Source: a virus (lineage: Duplodnaviria; Heunggongvirae; Uroviricota; Caudoviricetes). From it: a stretch of DNA of 51,554 nucleotides. The notes beneath the pieces were generated by a model. That model saw only the letters and a list, made by a program, of their open reading frames with translations. It was not told the DNA's origin and did no database searches. Positions 30,605 to 41,840 of this stretch are shown here, piece by piece. Positions within the stretch are counted from its first letter, which is position 1. Each line of letters starts with the position of its first letter. The stretch lies in the IMG/VR virus record IMGVR_UViG_2531839664_000034; one strand, written 5' to 3'. The position numbers and the translations under genes were made by a program.

Positions 30605-31060
30605 TTGTATATCAGGATGACAAAACAAATTGCAAGGATGCATATTATGGAAAAATTAAATATTAATCTCATGGAAAGGTATCTTCTTCTGCTTGATAGA
30701 TTTGTGGATAAACTTACGCAATCAGGTTTTGAAGAGAAAGAAATTATAGAGAACGCATATCTTTTTTGTGCAGGATTTTATATCAAATACCAAAGTGGTA
30801 TCGAAAAAATGACCTTCTCCAACAGGGAGGTTGTTTTAACCTTTCTGCTACTTTCATATTATAGTCATATAAATAAACTGGATGATGATTTGATCAACAA
30901 AGAGCGTATGAAAAATATATATTCTTCATTGATTAACTTTATAGTCAGTAATGGTAGCCGAACAGAGAAAGTCTATGCTAATGAGAAAAGGAAATATGAG
31001 GCTTCAACTCTAAAAAGAGAATTATCGAAAAAGGATAAAAGGAAAAGATATGGGTTGTAG
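30605..31060 (+). CDS. Hypothetical protein (AT-rich cargo)
   Basis: 151-aa ORF; several in-frame ATGs near start; no recognised domain; followed by hairpin AAAGCATC-CTCTAA-GATGCTTT at 31157-31178. Confidence 0.4.
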   Translation: MYIRMTKQIARMHIMEKLNINLMERYLLLLDRFVDKLTQSGFEEKEIIENAYLFCAGFYIKYQSGIEKMTFSNREVVLTFLLLSYYSHINKLDDDLINKERMKNIYSSLINFIVSNGSRTEKVYANEKRKYEASTLKRELSKKDKRKRYGL

Positions 31061-31455
31061 TGTTTGTATGATTTTCATTGAACTTACTTAATCTATAGTC
31101 TAAATTTTAATATTAGATTCGTAAATCTATAATTCCATGAATCTAATTAATGCTTAAAAGCATCCTCTAAGATGCTTTTACTGTTACCATGCATACATAC
31201 CCAGAACCTTTAACAAACGATAATAGAGGGGAGTTGTGTATAACAACTCCCTGACCTTACTAAGGTTAGCGATATTATTCAGCATCGTTCTGTCAAACAT
31301 TTAATTTCTTTGAAAAATACTAATTATACCTCTTAAGTTAATAACTTCTGCTTGATAGTGTATTTTGGTAAGTTGGAGTACAATTTTTTGATTGGATCGT
31401 CAATAAGAAAAAGCTAGAATCCTTAGAAGGACATAGATTTTCATAGGGTTAAGAT

Positions 31456-32352
31456 ATGACGATTGCGAAGGATAGTTCGACTGATGAAATCATTCATGGA
31501 AATGATCTCCGTGGAATGGATGATTTTTACATTAAGACAACGAGTTTTGAATGCCCATATGAGCCTTGTAAAATTAAAGCCACACCTTGTAGTTTTACTA
31601 TGAGACATGTTAATCAATCATATTTTAGATATGGTGATAAACATAAGGATGGATGTGGTATTCATGATCCAAGATATAAAAACAATCATACTTCAAATGA
31701 CGAAAGAAAACATAATTCGCCACCTGCTCCGGTTATATCACTTTTAAAAATTGATGTGAAGCCAAGAGGTGGTGTTAAAAATGCCAGAAGTAGTAAAAAT
31801 GAAAATCACAAGGATGAAAAAAAAGCTAATGAACATCCTGTATCTTCATCAAGTATTAAGCCAGTCGTTGACTATTACATAAATAATAGCAATCATAATG
31901 AACAGCTATCAATCCCTCCATATGGCACGCGATCTTATAAAGATACGTTTCAACTTATTTTTTACAAAAACAACATACGTTATTACAAACCTGCAATTTA
32001 TTATGGTGTAGTCCAGTCTAATATTCGTCTGCATGAAGATTCAGATAAACATTGTATAACTTTCCTCGCAAGGGATAAGAAGACCCAAAAACCATTTACG
32101 CTTGAAATTGATGTTTCTGACTGGAATAAAAGTCAGAAGGATGTGTTTTGGAAAGAATATGAAAAGCAAAGGAAGGAAGCTGATAGGTATTATAAGGGAC
32201 TTAAAGATAAAAGGAATGCTAAAAAATACCTGACGGTTTTCTTTTTTGGGATGCCGGATGAAAATAATAAGTTTCTATTTAAGACAAACCACTTTAAATT
32301 AGTATATGTGGCTTTCTTGGGTAAATTTGAAAGCTCATATAATGATAGTAAT
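31456..32352 (+). pseudogene. Hypothetical Cys-cluster protein with (Glu-Pro)n linker, 5-prime part, interrupted by IS629
   Basis: ORF 31456..32355 takes its stop codon TGA from the first three bases of the IS629 inverted repeat (32353-32355). Confidence 0.6.
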
Positions 32353-32406
32353 TGAACCGCCCCGGAAATCCTGGAGACTAAACTCCCTGAGAAAGAGGTA
32401 AACAGG

Positions 32407-32733
32407 ATGACTAAAAATACTCGTTTTTCCCCCGAAGTCCGTCAGCGGGCGATTCGTATGGTTCTGGAAAGTCAGGATGAATATGACTCACAGTGGGCGG
32501 CAATTTGTTCCATTGCCCCAAAGATTGGCTGTACGCCGGAGACTCTGCGTGTCTGGGTTCGCCAGCATGAGCGGGATACCGGGGGCGGTGATGGTGGGCT
32601 CACCAGCGCTGAACGTCAGCGTCTGAAAGAGCTGGAACGTGAAAATCGTGAACTGCGCCGCAGTAACGATATCCTTCGCCAGGCTTCCGCTTATTTTGCG
32701 AAGGCGGAGTTCGACCGCCTCTGGAAAAAATGA
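32407..32733 (+). CDS. IS629-like OrfA
   Basis: 108 aa [22 protein letters not shown]... with leucine-zipper C-terminus. Confidence 0.85.
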   Translation: MTKNTRFSPEVRQRAIRMVLESQDEYDSQWAAICSIAPKIGCTPETLRVWVRQHERDTGGGDGGLTSAERQRLKELERENRELRRSNDILRQASAYFAKAEFDRLWKK

Positions 32734-33620
32734 TGCCACTGCTGGATAAGCTGCGTGAGCAGTACGGGGTCGGACCGGTATGCAGCGAACTGCATATTGC
32801 CCCGTCAACGTATTACCATTGTCAGCAACAGCGACATCATCCGGATAAACGCAGTGCCCGTGCGCAGCACGATGACTGGCTGAAGAGAGAGATACAGCGC
32901 GTATACGATGAAAATCACCAGGTATACGGTGTGCGTAAAGTCTGGCGTCAGTTGTTACGGGAAGGTATCAGAGTGGCCAGATGCACTGTGGCACGTCTCA
33001 TGGCAGTTATGGGACTTACCGGTGTTCTCCGGGGTAAAAAGGTCCGCACTACCGTCAGCCGGAAAGCCGTTGCCGCAGGCGACCGCGTAAACCGTCAGTT
33101 CGTGGCAGAACGTCCAGACCAGTTGTGGGTGGCTGATTTTACCTGGGTAAGCACATGGCAGGGCTTCGTTTATGTGGCGTTCATCATTGATGTGTTCGCC
33201 GGATACATCGTGGGATGGCGGGTCTCATCATCCATGGAAACGGCATTCGTGCTGGATGCACTGGAGCAGGCGTTGTGGGCCCGTCGGCCGTCCGGCACAA
33301 TCCACCACAGTGATAAAGGTTCTCAGTATGTATCGCTGGCCTACACGCAGCGGCTTAAGGAAGCCGGCTTACTGGCATCAACAGGGAGTACTGGTGACTC
33401 GTATGACAACGCGATGGCGGAGAGCATCAATGGCCTTTACAAAGCGGAGGTAATACACCGTAAGCGCTGGAAAAACCGTGCAGAAGTGGAACTGGCCACA
33501 CTAACGTGGGTGGACTGGTATAACAATCGACGATTGCTGGGAAGGCTGGGCCATACTCCTCCGGCAGAAGCAGAAAAAGCTTATTATGCTTCCATCGGAA
33601 ACAATGATCTGGCAGCCTGA
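32730..33620 (+). CDS. IS629-like OrfB transposase (DDE)
   Basis: 296 aa; DDE region (LWVADFTWV...HHSDKGSQY...[15 protein letters not shown]). Confidence 0.85.
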   Translation: MMPLLDKLREQYGVGPVCSELHIAPSTYYHCQQQRHHPDKRSARAQHDDWLKREIQRVYDENHQVYGVRKVWRQLLREGIRVARCTVARLMAVMGLTGVLRGKKVRTTVSRKAVAAGDRVNRQFVAERPDQLWVADFTWVSTWQGFVYVAFIIDVFAGYIVGWRVSSSMETAFVLDALEQALWARRPSGTIHHSDKGSQYVSLAYTQRLKEAGLLASTGSTGDSYDNAMAESINGLYKAEVIHRKRWKNRAEVELATLTWVDWYNNRRLLGRLGHTPPAEAEKAYYASIGNNDLAA

Positions 33621-33662
33621 GTTCACAGATAAAACACTCTCCAGGAAACCCGGGGCGGTTCA

Positions 33663-34022
<360 letters not shown>

Positions 34023-34287
34023 TTTATGTTTTCTGTAAAAAAGCCCGTAGGTTTCAACTGCGGGCTGAATTTTCCCTTGATGCTGGTTTTGTCTTTTATC
34101 TAAAAAATGCCAGTCTTCACGTTGCTTGTTCCAGCATTAAAGATGTATGTGCTGACTTTTTCGCCTTTGAAAGAAACTGTCAGAGATTTAGTTTGTGAGT
34201 CTGCTCCACCTGCAAGCAGTCCCACAACGGGGATGAAAGAGGTTGCTTTGGACTGGCTGTTATACATAGTGTATGACCATTGCTCTT

Positions 34288-34424
34288 TGATCTTACCCAG
34301 CAATAGTGGACACGCGGCTAAGTGAGTAAACTCTCAGTCAGAGGTGACTCACATGACAAAAACAGTATCAACCAGTAAAAAACCCCGTAAACAGCATTCG
34401 CCTGAATTTCGCAGTGAAGCCCTG
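34288..34424 (+). mobile_element. IS3 left-end fragment (IRL plus first 24 codons of orfA), truncated by IS629 copy 2
   Basis: TGATCTTACCCAGCAATAGTGGACACGCGG... then MTKTVSTSKKPRKQHSPEFRSEAL (recalled IS3 InsE N-terminus) ends abruptly at the IS629 inverted repeat at 34425. Confidence 0.6.
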
Positions 34425-34466
34425 TGAACCGCCCCGGGTTTCCTGGAGAGTGTTTTATCTGTGAAC

Positions 34467-35357
34467 TCAGGCTGCCAGATCATTGTTTCCGATGGAAGCA
34501 TAATAAGCTTTTTCTGCTTCTGCCGGAGGAGTATGGCCCAGCCTTCCCAGCAATCGTCGATTGTTATACCAGTCCACCCACGTTAGTGTGGCCAGTTCCA
34601 CTTCTGCACGGTTTTTCCAGCGCTTACGGTGTATTACCTCCGCTTTGTAAAGGCCATTGATGCTCTCCGCCATCGCGTTGTCATACGAGTCACCAGTACT
34701 CCCTGTTGATGCCAGTAAGCCGGCTTCCTTAAGCCGCTGCGTGTAGGCCAGCGATACATACTGAGAACCTTTATCACTGTGGTGGATTGTGCCGGACGGC
34801 CGACGGGCCCACAACGCCTGCTCCAGTGCATCCAGCACGAATGCCGTTTCCATGGATGATGAGACCCGCCATCCCACGATGTATCCGGCGAACACATCAA
34901 TGATGAACGCCACATAAACGAAGCCCTGCCATGTGCTTACCCAGGTAAAATCAGCCACCCACAACTGGTCTGGACGTTCTGCCACGAACTGACGGTTTAC
35001 GCGGTCGCCTGCGGCAACGGCTTTCCGGCTGACGGTAGTGCGGACCTTTTTACCCCGGAGAACACCGGTAAGTCCCATAACTGCCATGAGACGTGCCACA
35101 GTGCATCTGGCCACTCTGATACCTTCCCGTAACAACTGACGCCAGACTTTACGCACACCGTATACCTGGTGATTTTCATCGTATACGCGCTGTATCTCTC
35201 TCTTCAGCCAGTCATCGTGCTGCGCACGGGCACTGCGTTTATCCGGATGATGTCGCTGTTGCTGACAATGGTAATACGTTGACGGGGCAATATGCAGTTC
35301 GCTGCATACCGGTCCGACCCCGTACTGCTCACGCAGCTTATCCAGCAGTGGCATCAT
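34467..35357 (-). CDS. IS629-like OrfB transposase
   Basis: Identical 296-aa translation to 32730..33620. Confidence 0.85.
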   Translation of the reverse strand: MMPLLDKLREQYGVGPVCSELHIAPSTYYHCQQQRHHPDKRSARAQHDDWLKREIQRVYDENHQVYGVRKVWRQLLREGIRVARCTVARLMAVMGLTGVLRGKKVRTTVSRKAVAAGDRVNRQFVAERPDQLWVADFTWVSTWQGFVYVAFIIDVFAGYIVGWRVSSSMETAFVLDALEQALWARRPSGTIHHSDKGSQYVSLAYTQRLKEAGLLASTGSTGDSYDNAMAESINGLYKAEVIHRKRWKNRAEVELATLTWVDWYNNRRLLGRLGHTPPAEAEKAYYASIGNNDLAA

Positions 35358-35680
35358 TTTTTCCAGAGGCGGTCGAACTCCGCCTTCGCAAAATAAGCGG
35401 AAGCCTGGCGAAGGATATCGTTACTGCGGCGCAGTTCACGATTTTCACGTTCCAGCTCTTTCAGACGCTGACGTTCAGCGCTGGTGAGCCCACCATCACC
35501 GCCCCCGGTATCCCGCTCATGCTGGCGAACCCAGACACGCAGAGTCTCCGGCGTACAGCCAATCTTTGGGGCAATGGAACAAATTGCCGCCCACTGTGAG
35601 TCATATTCATCCTGACTTTCCAGAACCATACGAATCGCCCGCTGACGGACTTCGGGGGAAAAACGAGTATTTTTAGTCAT
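35354..35680 (-). CDS. IS629-like OrfA
   Basis: Identical 108-aa translation to 32407..32733. Confidence 0.85.
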   Translation of the reverse strand: MTKNTRFSPEVRQRAIRMVLESQDEYDSQWAAICSIAPKIGCTPETLRVWVRQHERDTGGGDGGLTSAERQRLKELERENRELRRSNDILRQASAYFAKAEFDRLWKK

Positions 35681-35806
35681 CCTGTTTACCTCTTTCTCAG
35701 GGAGTTTAGTCTCCAGGATTTCCGGGGCGGTTCAAACCGTTTGCGCAAAAACAAGCGTGGAGCACACATCCAAGCTTAGCGCGCACGGGGGAGGTGAAGG
35801 GCTTGT

Positions 35807-36100
35807 ATGTCCCAGAATTATGTTCAGACAGAGATGCCATCTAGGTACTGCCAGGCAGACGAAGAGTGGATTCAGCAGCAGTTACAGGGGCTGCCTCCGT
35901 CACTGAGACGGAAGGTCGCCCTGAAATATGCGGAGGTATACGAAATCACTTTTGACGCTGAGCCTGTTTCATTCCGCAAGGAGAACAGAGCAAGGCGCGA
36001 AGCAAACACAAGGCTCCGCTTGTTTGTGAGAAATCAGGGCAGGGCTTTACAGGGGTATACAACTCAGCCGCCCCTGGCAGGAATGCAATCGCGCTCCTGA
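35807..36100 (+). CDS. Hypothetical phage protein
   Basis: 97-aa ORF with GGAGGTGAAGG Shine-Dalgarno; first gene after the IS629 junction. Confidence 0.35.
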   Translation: MSQNYVQTEMPSRYCQADEEWIQQQLQGLPPSLRRKVALKYAEVYEITFDAEPVSFRKENRARREANTRLRLFVRNQGRALQGYTTQPPLAGMQSRS

Positions 36101-36529
36101 TTGTTTCGGGTTTGAAGGTACCCGAACAGAAGCAGGCTTAAAGGTGCCTGTTCAGGTTGGCAACCAACTGACCCAATTCCTCATATGTACTAGGTAAGTA
36201 GTACGTTTTTATGGGGAAGAGGGAAAGGGGGGTAAGGGGGGATTGGGTGTAGGGGCAGGAATAGGGTCTTTTCCAACAGGAGAGATCCATTGGTTAAGTA
36301 GATCACTGTCTTAAGGGCGCAATTTAAAAAAAACGCTCGTATCAGCAAGGTAGTACAAAGCGCCCAGGCGTTGAGAAACGAAAAGGGTTCTTCTTGGAAG
36401 AGTGATTTTTCAGAAGAGCTGAATCAGAAGGGGGGCTGGCAGCCTTTGGGGAGGCCACCAGCCATGTGAGGGGGAATCCATGAAAACCACATCACGAAAT
36501 TATTATCTCATCAGCACGGGAGCAGCACA

Positions 36530-38188
36530 ATGGAGCTGACGATCACGCCGAATTTTGCACAGGAACGAGCGCTAAACATGTTGCGCCGTGATTGGAAGGC
36601 AAACGACACCTTCATGGTGTATTCGCCAACCGGTAGCGGTAAAACGGGTTTGGCTGCCTTCATCGTTGCCGGGTTTGTCAGCCGTGGTATGCGCGTCCTG
36701 TTCTGTGCACCGTACACCATCCTGATCGGTCAGACGGCTAATCGGTTCGTGGAGTATGGATTACCGGGGGATGAAATCGGTTATATCTGGGCGGATCACC
36801 CGAACTACGATCCGAACCGGAAAATTCAGATTGCCAGCGCTGACACGCTTATTCGTCGTGTTTTTCCTGAAAATATCGATCTGCTGATTATCGACGAAGC
36901 GCACCTGCGTAAAAAACGCATCCTGAAGGATATCGAACGTCTGCGCGGCAAAGGCGTAAAGGTGATTGACCTGTCGGGTACTCCGTTTTCCCCGTTCCTG
37001 GGCAAATACTATGACCGACTGATTAAGCCGACCACAATCGGCGAGTTAATCCAGCGTGGCGATTTGAGTAAATACGAATTTTACGCGCCAACTAAGCCGG
37101 ATCTGAAAGGTGTTAAAACCACATCTTCGCTTGAGTACGGTCGGGATTACAACGAAACGCAGCTGGCTGAAATCATGTGCGGATCTACGCTGGTGGGCGA
37201 CATCGTACAGAACTGGCTGGAGAATGGTCGGGATCTACCTACCATCGCTTTCTGCGTCAACGTAGCCCACGCCAATTACCTGACAATCCAGTTTAACCTC
37301 GCAGGTGTTAACGCTGAGGTAATGACCGCAGACACTCCGGTAGATGAGCGCCAGACCATCATTCACCGCTTTGAAACTGGTGCAACGAAAATCATCGTTA
37401 GTGTGGGCGTGCTGGTGGCCGGCTTCGATAGTGACGTTCGTTGCATCATCTACGCCAGGCCAACAAAAAGCGAAATTCGCTGGTTGCAGGCACTCGGGCG
37501 TGGGCTGCGCACCGCACCGGGTAAAGAGTCCTGCCTCATCTTCGATCATAGCGGCACCGTGCACCGTCTGGGTTATCCGGATTCAATCGAGTACGACGAT
37601 CTTCCCGGTAAGTCTGACGGTATGGAGGAAAGCGCGCGCCGCGCAGTTGAGGAACGGGCCGAAAAACTGCCACATGAATGCCCTCAATGCCACTACATGA
37701 AGCCAGCTGGCGTCTATGTTTGCCCGAAATGTGGACACAAGCCGCTGCGAGGTGAAGACGTTGATACTGACACTAGCCGCAAACTTAATAAGCTGGGTAA
37801 AAATCAGCATCAGTCGACGAAGGCAGAGAAACAGTCCTGGTGGAGTCAGATCAAATTTTATCAGCGCCAGCGTGCTTCGCTGGGGCGTCCAGTCAGTGAT
37901 GGATGGTGTGCTCACACTTTCAGGGAGAAATTCGGTGAATGGCCTGATGGGTTGAGCAGTTTCCCGATGGAAATAAGCCCAGAGGTAAGTAACTACATCA
38001 AACACAAGCTGATTCGGTTTGCCAAAGGCCGTCAGCGGACGCAGAGAACTATAGAAAAATTGCAGGCAACGGTTCCTCTGTCTCAGGAACGAGGTGAGCG
38101 AAGCGAGATGCCAATAGGCACTGAGGCCTGGCGCATCATGCAAGCAAAGCAACAACTCCAGAAAAATATAAACAGTTTGAGTCAGTAA
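36530..38188 (+). CDS. Phage-type SF2 DEAD/DEAH-box helicase (replication module)
   Basis: SPTGSGKTG (Walker A), IIDEAH (DEAH box), SGTP, QALGRGLR; C-terminal CPQCH...CPKCGH zinc ribbon. Confidence 0.75.
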   Translation: MELTITPNFAQERALNMLRRDWKANDTFMVYSPTGSGKTGLAAFIVAGFVSRGMRVLFCAPYTILIGQTANRFVEYGLPGDEIGYIWADHPNYDPNRKIQIASADTLIRRVFPENIDLLIIDEAHLRKKRILKDIERLRGKGVKVIDLSGTPFSPFLGKYYDRLIKPTTIGELIQRGDLSKYEFYAPTKPDLKGVKTTSSLEYGRDYNETQLAEIMCGSTLVGDIVQNWLENGRDLPTIAFCVNVAHANYLTIQFNLAGVNAEVMTADTPVDERQTIIHRFETGATKIIVSVGVLVAGFDSDVRCIIYARPTKSEIRWLQALGRGLRTAPGKESCLIFDHSGTVHRLGYPDSIEYDDLPGKSDGMEESARRAVEERAEKLPHECPQCHYMKPAGVYVCPKCGHKPLRGEDVDTDTSRKLNKLGKNQHQSTKAEKQSWWSQIKFYQRQRASLGRPVSDGWCAHTFREKFGEWPDGLSSFPMEISPEVSNYIKHKLIRFAKGRQRTQRTIEKLQATVPLSQERGERSEMPIGTEAWRIMQAKQQLQKNINSLSQ

Positions 38189-38189
38189 G

Positions 38190-39158
38190 ATGAAAACAGC
38201 AGCTGCAGCGAAAGGCCGCTGGCCTGAAATATTAGAGCACTTCGGCTTGCCGCCGATAACAGGAAAAAATCACTTCAAGGGTGAATGCCCGGTATGCGGT
38301 GCACGTGGCAAGTTCCGAATTGATGACCGCGACGGTGCAGGAACGTGGATCTGTGTATGTGGTAGTGGCGATGGTATGAAACTTGTCACCCTGACACAGG
38401 CGAAGCCATTTAACGAGATTTGTACCGAAATAGACCGCCTGATCGGTAATGATTACCAACGGGTTAAAATTCCGGTAATCAGCAGCGCCACCAGCTTACG
38501 CAAACGGGTATTGAGCAAGTTTTCAAAACTGGAGGCACTGCGTGGTACATCCGGCGCAGCGTATCTTAATTCTCGTGGAATATTCAGTCTTCCTGCTGAG
38601 GCGATCCGGTTCAATGCCAGGCAGAGACACAACGGGAGTGTGTTCCAGTCCCTTTATTCACTTGCTACGGACGATAAAGGGGAGTTGTGCTATCTGCACC
38701 AGACTCTGCTTGATGGTGATAAAAAAGCAGATATCGGTAGCAGTGCAAAGCGCCTCAAATCCCTGCAGGAAGATAACTATTTGGATCACGCTTGTTCTGT
38801 AGCTATCCGCATGTTTCCTGTTGCTAGCACTCTGGGTATCGCCGAAGGCATCGAAACAGCGCTGTCAGCGCACCAGATTTATAACGTGAACACCTGGGCA
38901 ACCATTAACAGCGGCTTTATGAAAAAGTTCCGCGTACCAGCTGGTGTTCTGCACCTGATTATTTTTGCCGACCGTGACGAGAACAGCGCCACCGGGCTGG
39001 CTGCGGCTTGCGAATGTGCTCATGCCAATCTGATGGCAAAGAATGACCTGCAGCGCGTGAGCGTGTACTGGCCGGATCACGATGATTTCAACAATATGCT
39101 CCTGAACGGTGATCTGGTTCGAGAGCTGGTTTTCCATAAGAAAAAGGCGGTTGCGTAA
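38190..39158 (+). CDS. Primase-like protein with zinc-binding and Toprim-like regions
   Basis: CPVCGARGKFR...WICVCGSGDG zinc motif and acidic IIFADRDEN segment; translationally coupled to the helicase (stop-1nt-ATG). Confidence 0.55.
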   Translation: MKTAAAAKGRWPEILEHFGLPPITGKNHFKGECPVCGARGKFRIDDRDGAGTWICVCGSGDGMKLVTLTQAKPFNEICTEIDRLIGNDYQRVKIPVISSATSLRKRVLSKFSKLEALRGTSGAAYLNSRGIFSLPAEAIRFNARQRHNGSVFQSLYSLATDDKGELCYLHQTLLDGDKKADIGSSAKRLKSLQEDNYLDHACSVAIRMFPVASTLGIAEGIETALSAHQIYNVNTWATINSGFMKKFRVPAGVLHLIIFADRDENSATGLAAACECAHANLMAKNDLQRVSVYWPDHDDFNNMLLNGDLVRELVFHKKKAVA

Positions 39159-40018
39159 TGCGTACTGATAACAACGAACATAAAGCACTATTCACCATCC
39201 CGACGGCAGCGTACAGCTCCGCCCTCGCAAACATCAAGCCCCTGCCAGAGCAACGGAGAATCACCGGGCATAAGCAGACTGATGCTTATCTTTGGGTGCT
39301 GGAGGTTATCCGTCTGAATGAACCCGCACATCTGGATGCTGCTGAGGCTGCGCTGGTGAAAATTAAAATTTCCCCAAAAGAGGCCCAGGAACGCTATTCG
39401 CGTTATCTGCTGGCGAATGGTGTCGATCCTTTCCAGATTGCTTTCGGTACCATCGGTATGGATAACCCGGCACAGGCAATCAGAATTGCCCGGGAGAATA
39501 TCAAAAAAGCAGCATCAGTCAGGGCTACGTTTGGTAGCTATGAAGCAGCACTCGAAGATGTGGAAGCCGAGCGAGTGCTCAAGTCTTCCCAGAAATTTAT
39601 CGACGATCATCTCTGGGGCTGGACTGCAGCCGAGAAGAAAGCGGGCAGAATTGACGGCATCCGTATGAATGAAATTGATGATCAGCGTCGTGCATATGTT
39701 GATGGCTATCGTGATGTACTGCCAGAGCCTCATACATTGTCAGACGTAGTTCGTGAGTTTGTTTACTGGGACTGGCTCTACAGTGTTCGCCACACTGCAA
39801 CTAAAGAACAGGGCGATAAGTTTGGTTACTCTGAGCATCACGAATCGGTATATGACCGCGAGCGCTACCTTGAAAAATTGCTGATGACCATCAAACCGGT
39901 GACACGGGCTGAAGCTGTGGAGGTGTGTCGCTGGTTCCTGGCTAGTGGTAAGGGGGAGTACATGAAAGATGACGGCGCTGCAGTCATACTCAATCTGGTT
40001 GGGGAGTGTGAACAATGA
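39158..40018 (+). CDS. Hypothetical phage protein
   Basis: 286-aa ORF overlapping upstream stop (TAATG); no motif recognised. Confidence 0.45.
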   Translation: MRTDNNEHKALFTIPTAAYSSALANIKPLPEQRRITGHKQTDAYLWVLEVIRLNEPAHLDAAEAALVKIKISPKEAQERYSRYLLANGVDPFQIAFGTIGMDNPAQAIRIARENIKKAASVRATFGSYEAALEDVEAERVLKSSQKFIDDHLWGWTAAEKKAGRIDGIRMNEIDDQRRAYVDGYRDVLPEPHTLSDVVREFVYWDWLYSVRHTATKEQGDKFGYSEHHESVYDRERYLEKLLMTIKPVTRAEAVEVCRWFLASGKGEYMKDDGAAVILNLVGECEQ

Positions 40019-40248
40019 AGCCTGAGGCATCGCTAAAATACTTCCGCCATCAGTGCATCGCGGAAATCAATATAACGAAACAACGTAACGGTTCTCTGGG
40101 AACGATTTACCGGCGTTTTTATAACGGACATTTTCTGCCCGTAGACCAGGAAAGCGCACAGGTTCTTTCCACCCCAATGCGGCCATCCCAGCCGCGCAGA
40201 TACAGCAACAAACGAACTGACAGCAGTAAGATGGAGCGCTTCTTTTGA
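40015..40248 (+). CDS. Small hypothetical phage protein
   Basis: 77-aa ORF with overlapping start/stop (translational coupling) in an operon-like run. Confidence 0.3.
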   Translation: MKPEASLKYFRHQCIAEINITKQRNGSLGTIYRRFYNGHFLPVDQESAQVLSTPMRPSQPRRYSNKRTDSSKMERFF

Positions 40249-40502
40249 ACAACCAGACAATGACTTTTACCCCTGAACAATTGCGTAAACAGGCACAGGA
40301 AATGTTGCGACAGGCGGAACAACTGGAAAAAACAGGTGTAACAAAAGATGCCATTCGTCGGGATATGGTGCCGGCGCTCAGGGAACTGATGCAGGCGAAG
40401 CACCGCGCACAAAAAGCAGTGGATGAGATGGTGGATTGTGTGGCAGAACTGGAAACCAAAGTTGGTAAGTTTGAAAAACTGGTGCAGGAGGTACTGCGCT
40501 GA
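40245..40502 (+). CDS. Small coiled-coil phage protein
   Basis: 85-aa ORF, overlapping stops/starts on both sides. Confidence 0.35.
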   Translation: MNNQTMTFTPEQLRKQAQEMLRQAEQLEKTGVTKDAIRRDMVPALRELMQAKHRAQKAVDEMVDCVAELETKVGKFEKLVQEVLR

Positions 40503-40852
40503 TGCGTGATATGTACGAAGTTTTAGATCGTTGGGGGGCTTGGGCTGCAGCAGAAAATAGTGGTGTCGACTGGCAGTCGATAGCGGCAGGCTTCAAGGGG
40601 CTTCTATCACACGGTAAAAAGTCACGTCTCCAGTGCGATGATGATGAAGGAATTATGATTGATGGATGTGTGGCCCGGTTGCGGAAATATAAACCAGAAG
40701 AATATGAGCTGATCATTGCTCACTTTGTTATCGGGATTTCTCTCCGTACAATTGCAAAAAAGCGGAAGTGTTCAGATGGCACAATCAGAAAAGAACTACA
40801 AACAGCATTGGGGTTCGTTGATGGGATGCTATTTATACTTTCAGATAACTGA
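40502..40852 (+). CDS. Late-gene antiterminator Q (QuuD/YbcQ-like short form)
   Basis: 116 aa with ...LDRWGAWAA...IAAGFKGL...QCDDD...CSDGTIRKELQ..GMLF pattern recalled from the about 127-aa Q family of DLP12-like prophages. Confidence 0.6.
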   Translation: MRDMYEVLDRWGAWAAAENSGVDWQSIAAGFKGLLSHGKKSRLQCDDDEGIMIDGCVARLRKYKPEEYELIIAHFVIGISLRTIAKKRKCSDGTIRKELQTALGFVDGMLFILSDN

Positions 40853-40939
40853 ATTTTAATACTGTTAATTTAGTTATTTAGAATTGATGTGATTTAGGGT
40901 AAAATGCATTTAATTTCCTGGTTTTGTATGAGGTTCAGC

Positions 40940-41794
40940 ATGACTACATTTTTTACCCCATTACGTTATCCCGGTGGAAAAGGGAGGATGGGGCCTTGGT
41001 TATCAGAACTGCTGAGGTATAACGGAATTAGTGGTGGGTATTATGTGGAGCCATATGCTGGCGGCGCAGGAGCTGCATTGTATTTGCTAATGCATGGATA
41101 TGTAGATCATGTCATTATTAATGATTTGGATCCTGTTGTTTACTCATTTTGGTGGTCAGTGTTAAATGAGAATGATAAATTTATTTCATTGATAAATGAA
41201 ACAGAAGTAACAATGGATAATTGGTATAAGCAAAAAGATGTAATAAACAATTATACTAAATATGATATTTTATCTATTGGTTTTGCTACGTTTTTTCTCA
41301 ATCGAACCAATCGTTCTGGAATCTTATCAGGTGGGGTTATAGGAGGAAAAGAACAGAGTGGTAAATATAAGATTGATGCTAGGTATAATAAGAAGAAACT
41401 ATGTGAAAGAGTAAAAAAAATAGGTGGAATGAAAAAATTTATTGATCTTTATAATTTGGATGCCTGTGAGTTGATTGGTAGTATAAAAAATACACTACCA
41501 AAAAAATCTCTAATTTATCTTGATCCTCCATATTATGAAAAAGGTAGCCAGCTTTATAGAAATCATTATAAACCTCATGATCATAAATTAATTTCTGAAA
41601 AGGTTAAGGATATTTCCACTCCGATAATTGTTACATATGATAATTGTGAAGAAATCAGGAAGTTATATAAAGACGAAAAAATTGTGGAGTTTTCTTTACA
41701 TTACTCAACTCATTTGACAAGGCCAAGAGTTACAGAACTTATGGTATATAAAAATTTAAATATTCATAGCATTCCCTCTATGAAGAAGAAATGA
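40940..41794 (+). CDS. DNA N6-adenine methyltransferase, Dam-like (D12 class)
   Basis: N-terminal PLRYPGGKG (AdoMet-binding) and catalytic YLDPPY motifs; GAGG Shine-Dalgarno before ATG 40940 (track ORF starts 40904); strongly AT-rich. Confidence 0.7.
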   Translation: MTTFFTPLRYPGGKGRMGPWLSELLRYNGISGGYYVEPYAGGAGAALYLLMHGYVDHVIINDLDPVVYSFWWSVLNENDKFISLINETEVTMDNWYKQKDVINNYTKYDILSIGFATFFLNRTNRSGILSGGVIGGKEQSGKYKIDARYNKKKLCERVKKIGGMKKFIDLYNLDACELIGSIKNTLPKKSLIYLDPPYYEKGSQLYRNHYKPHDHKLISEKVKDISTPIIVTYDNCEEIRKLYKDEKIVEFSLHYSTHLTRPRVTELMVYKNLNIHSIPSMKKK

Positions 41795-41840
41795 AAACTG
41801 TACGCTGGACTAATTTATTAGTCCAGCGTGGTATATCATT

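Larger units (their letters stand above)
32353..33662 (+). mobile_element. IS629-like IS3-family insertion sequence, copy 1 (1310 bp)
   Basis: Ends TGAACCGCCCCGGAAATCCTGGAGAC (32353) and ...GGAAACCCGGGGCGGTTCA (33662) are inverted repeats; 3-bp direct repeat AAT at 32350-32352 and 33663-33665; length matches recalled 1310 bp of IS629. Confidence 0.85.
34425..35734 (-). mobile_element. IS629-like insertion sequence, copy 2 (1310 bp, inverted relative to copy 1), no target duplication
   Basis: Same ends as copy 1 in opposite orientation; flanks CTG (34422-34424) and AAC (35735-35737) differ, so one flank is probably a deletion/rearrangement junction. Confidence 0.85.

Noticed and set aside
34100-34325. 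Overlapping ORFs 34100..34303 (minus) and 34107..34325 (plus) at the IS3 boundary
   Set aside because: Both run into the IS3 terminal repeat and neither has recognisable motifs; at best a truncated remnant of the gene hit by IS3.
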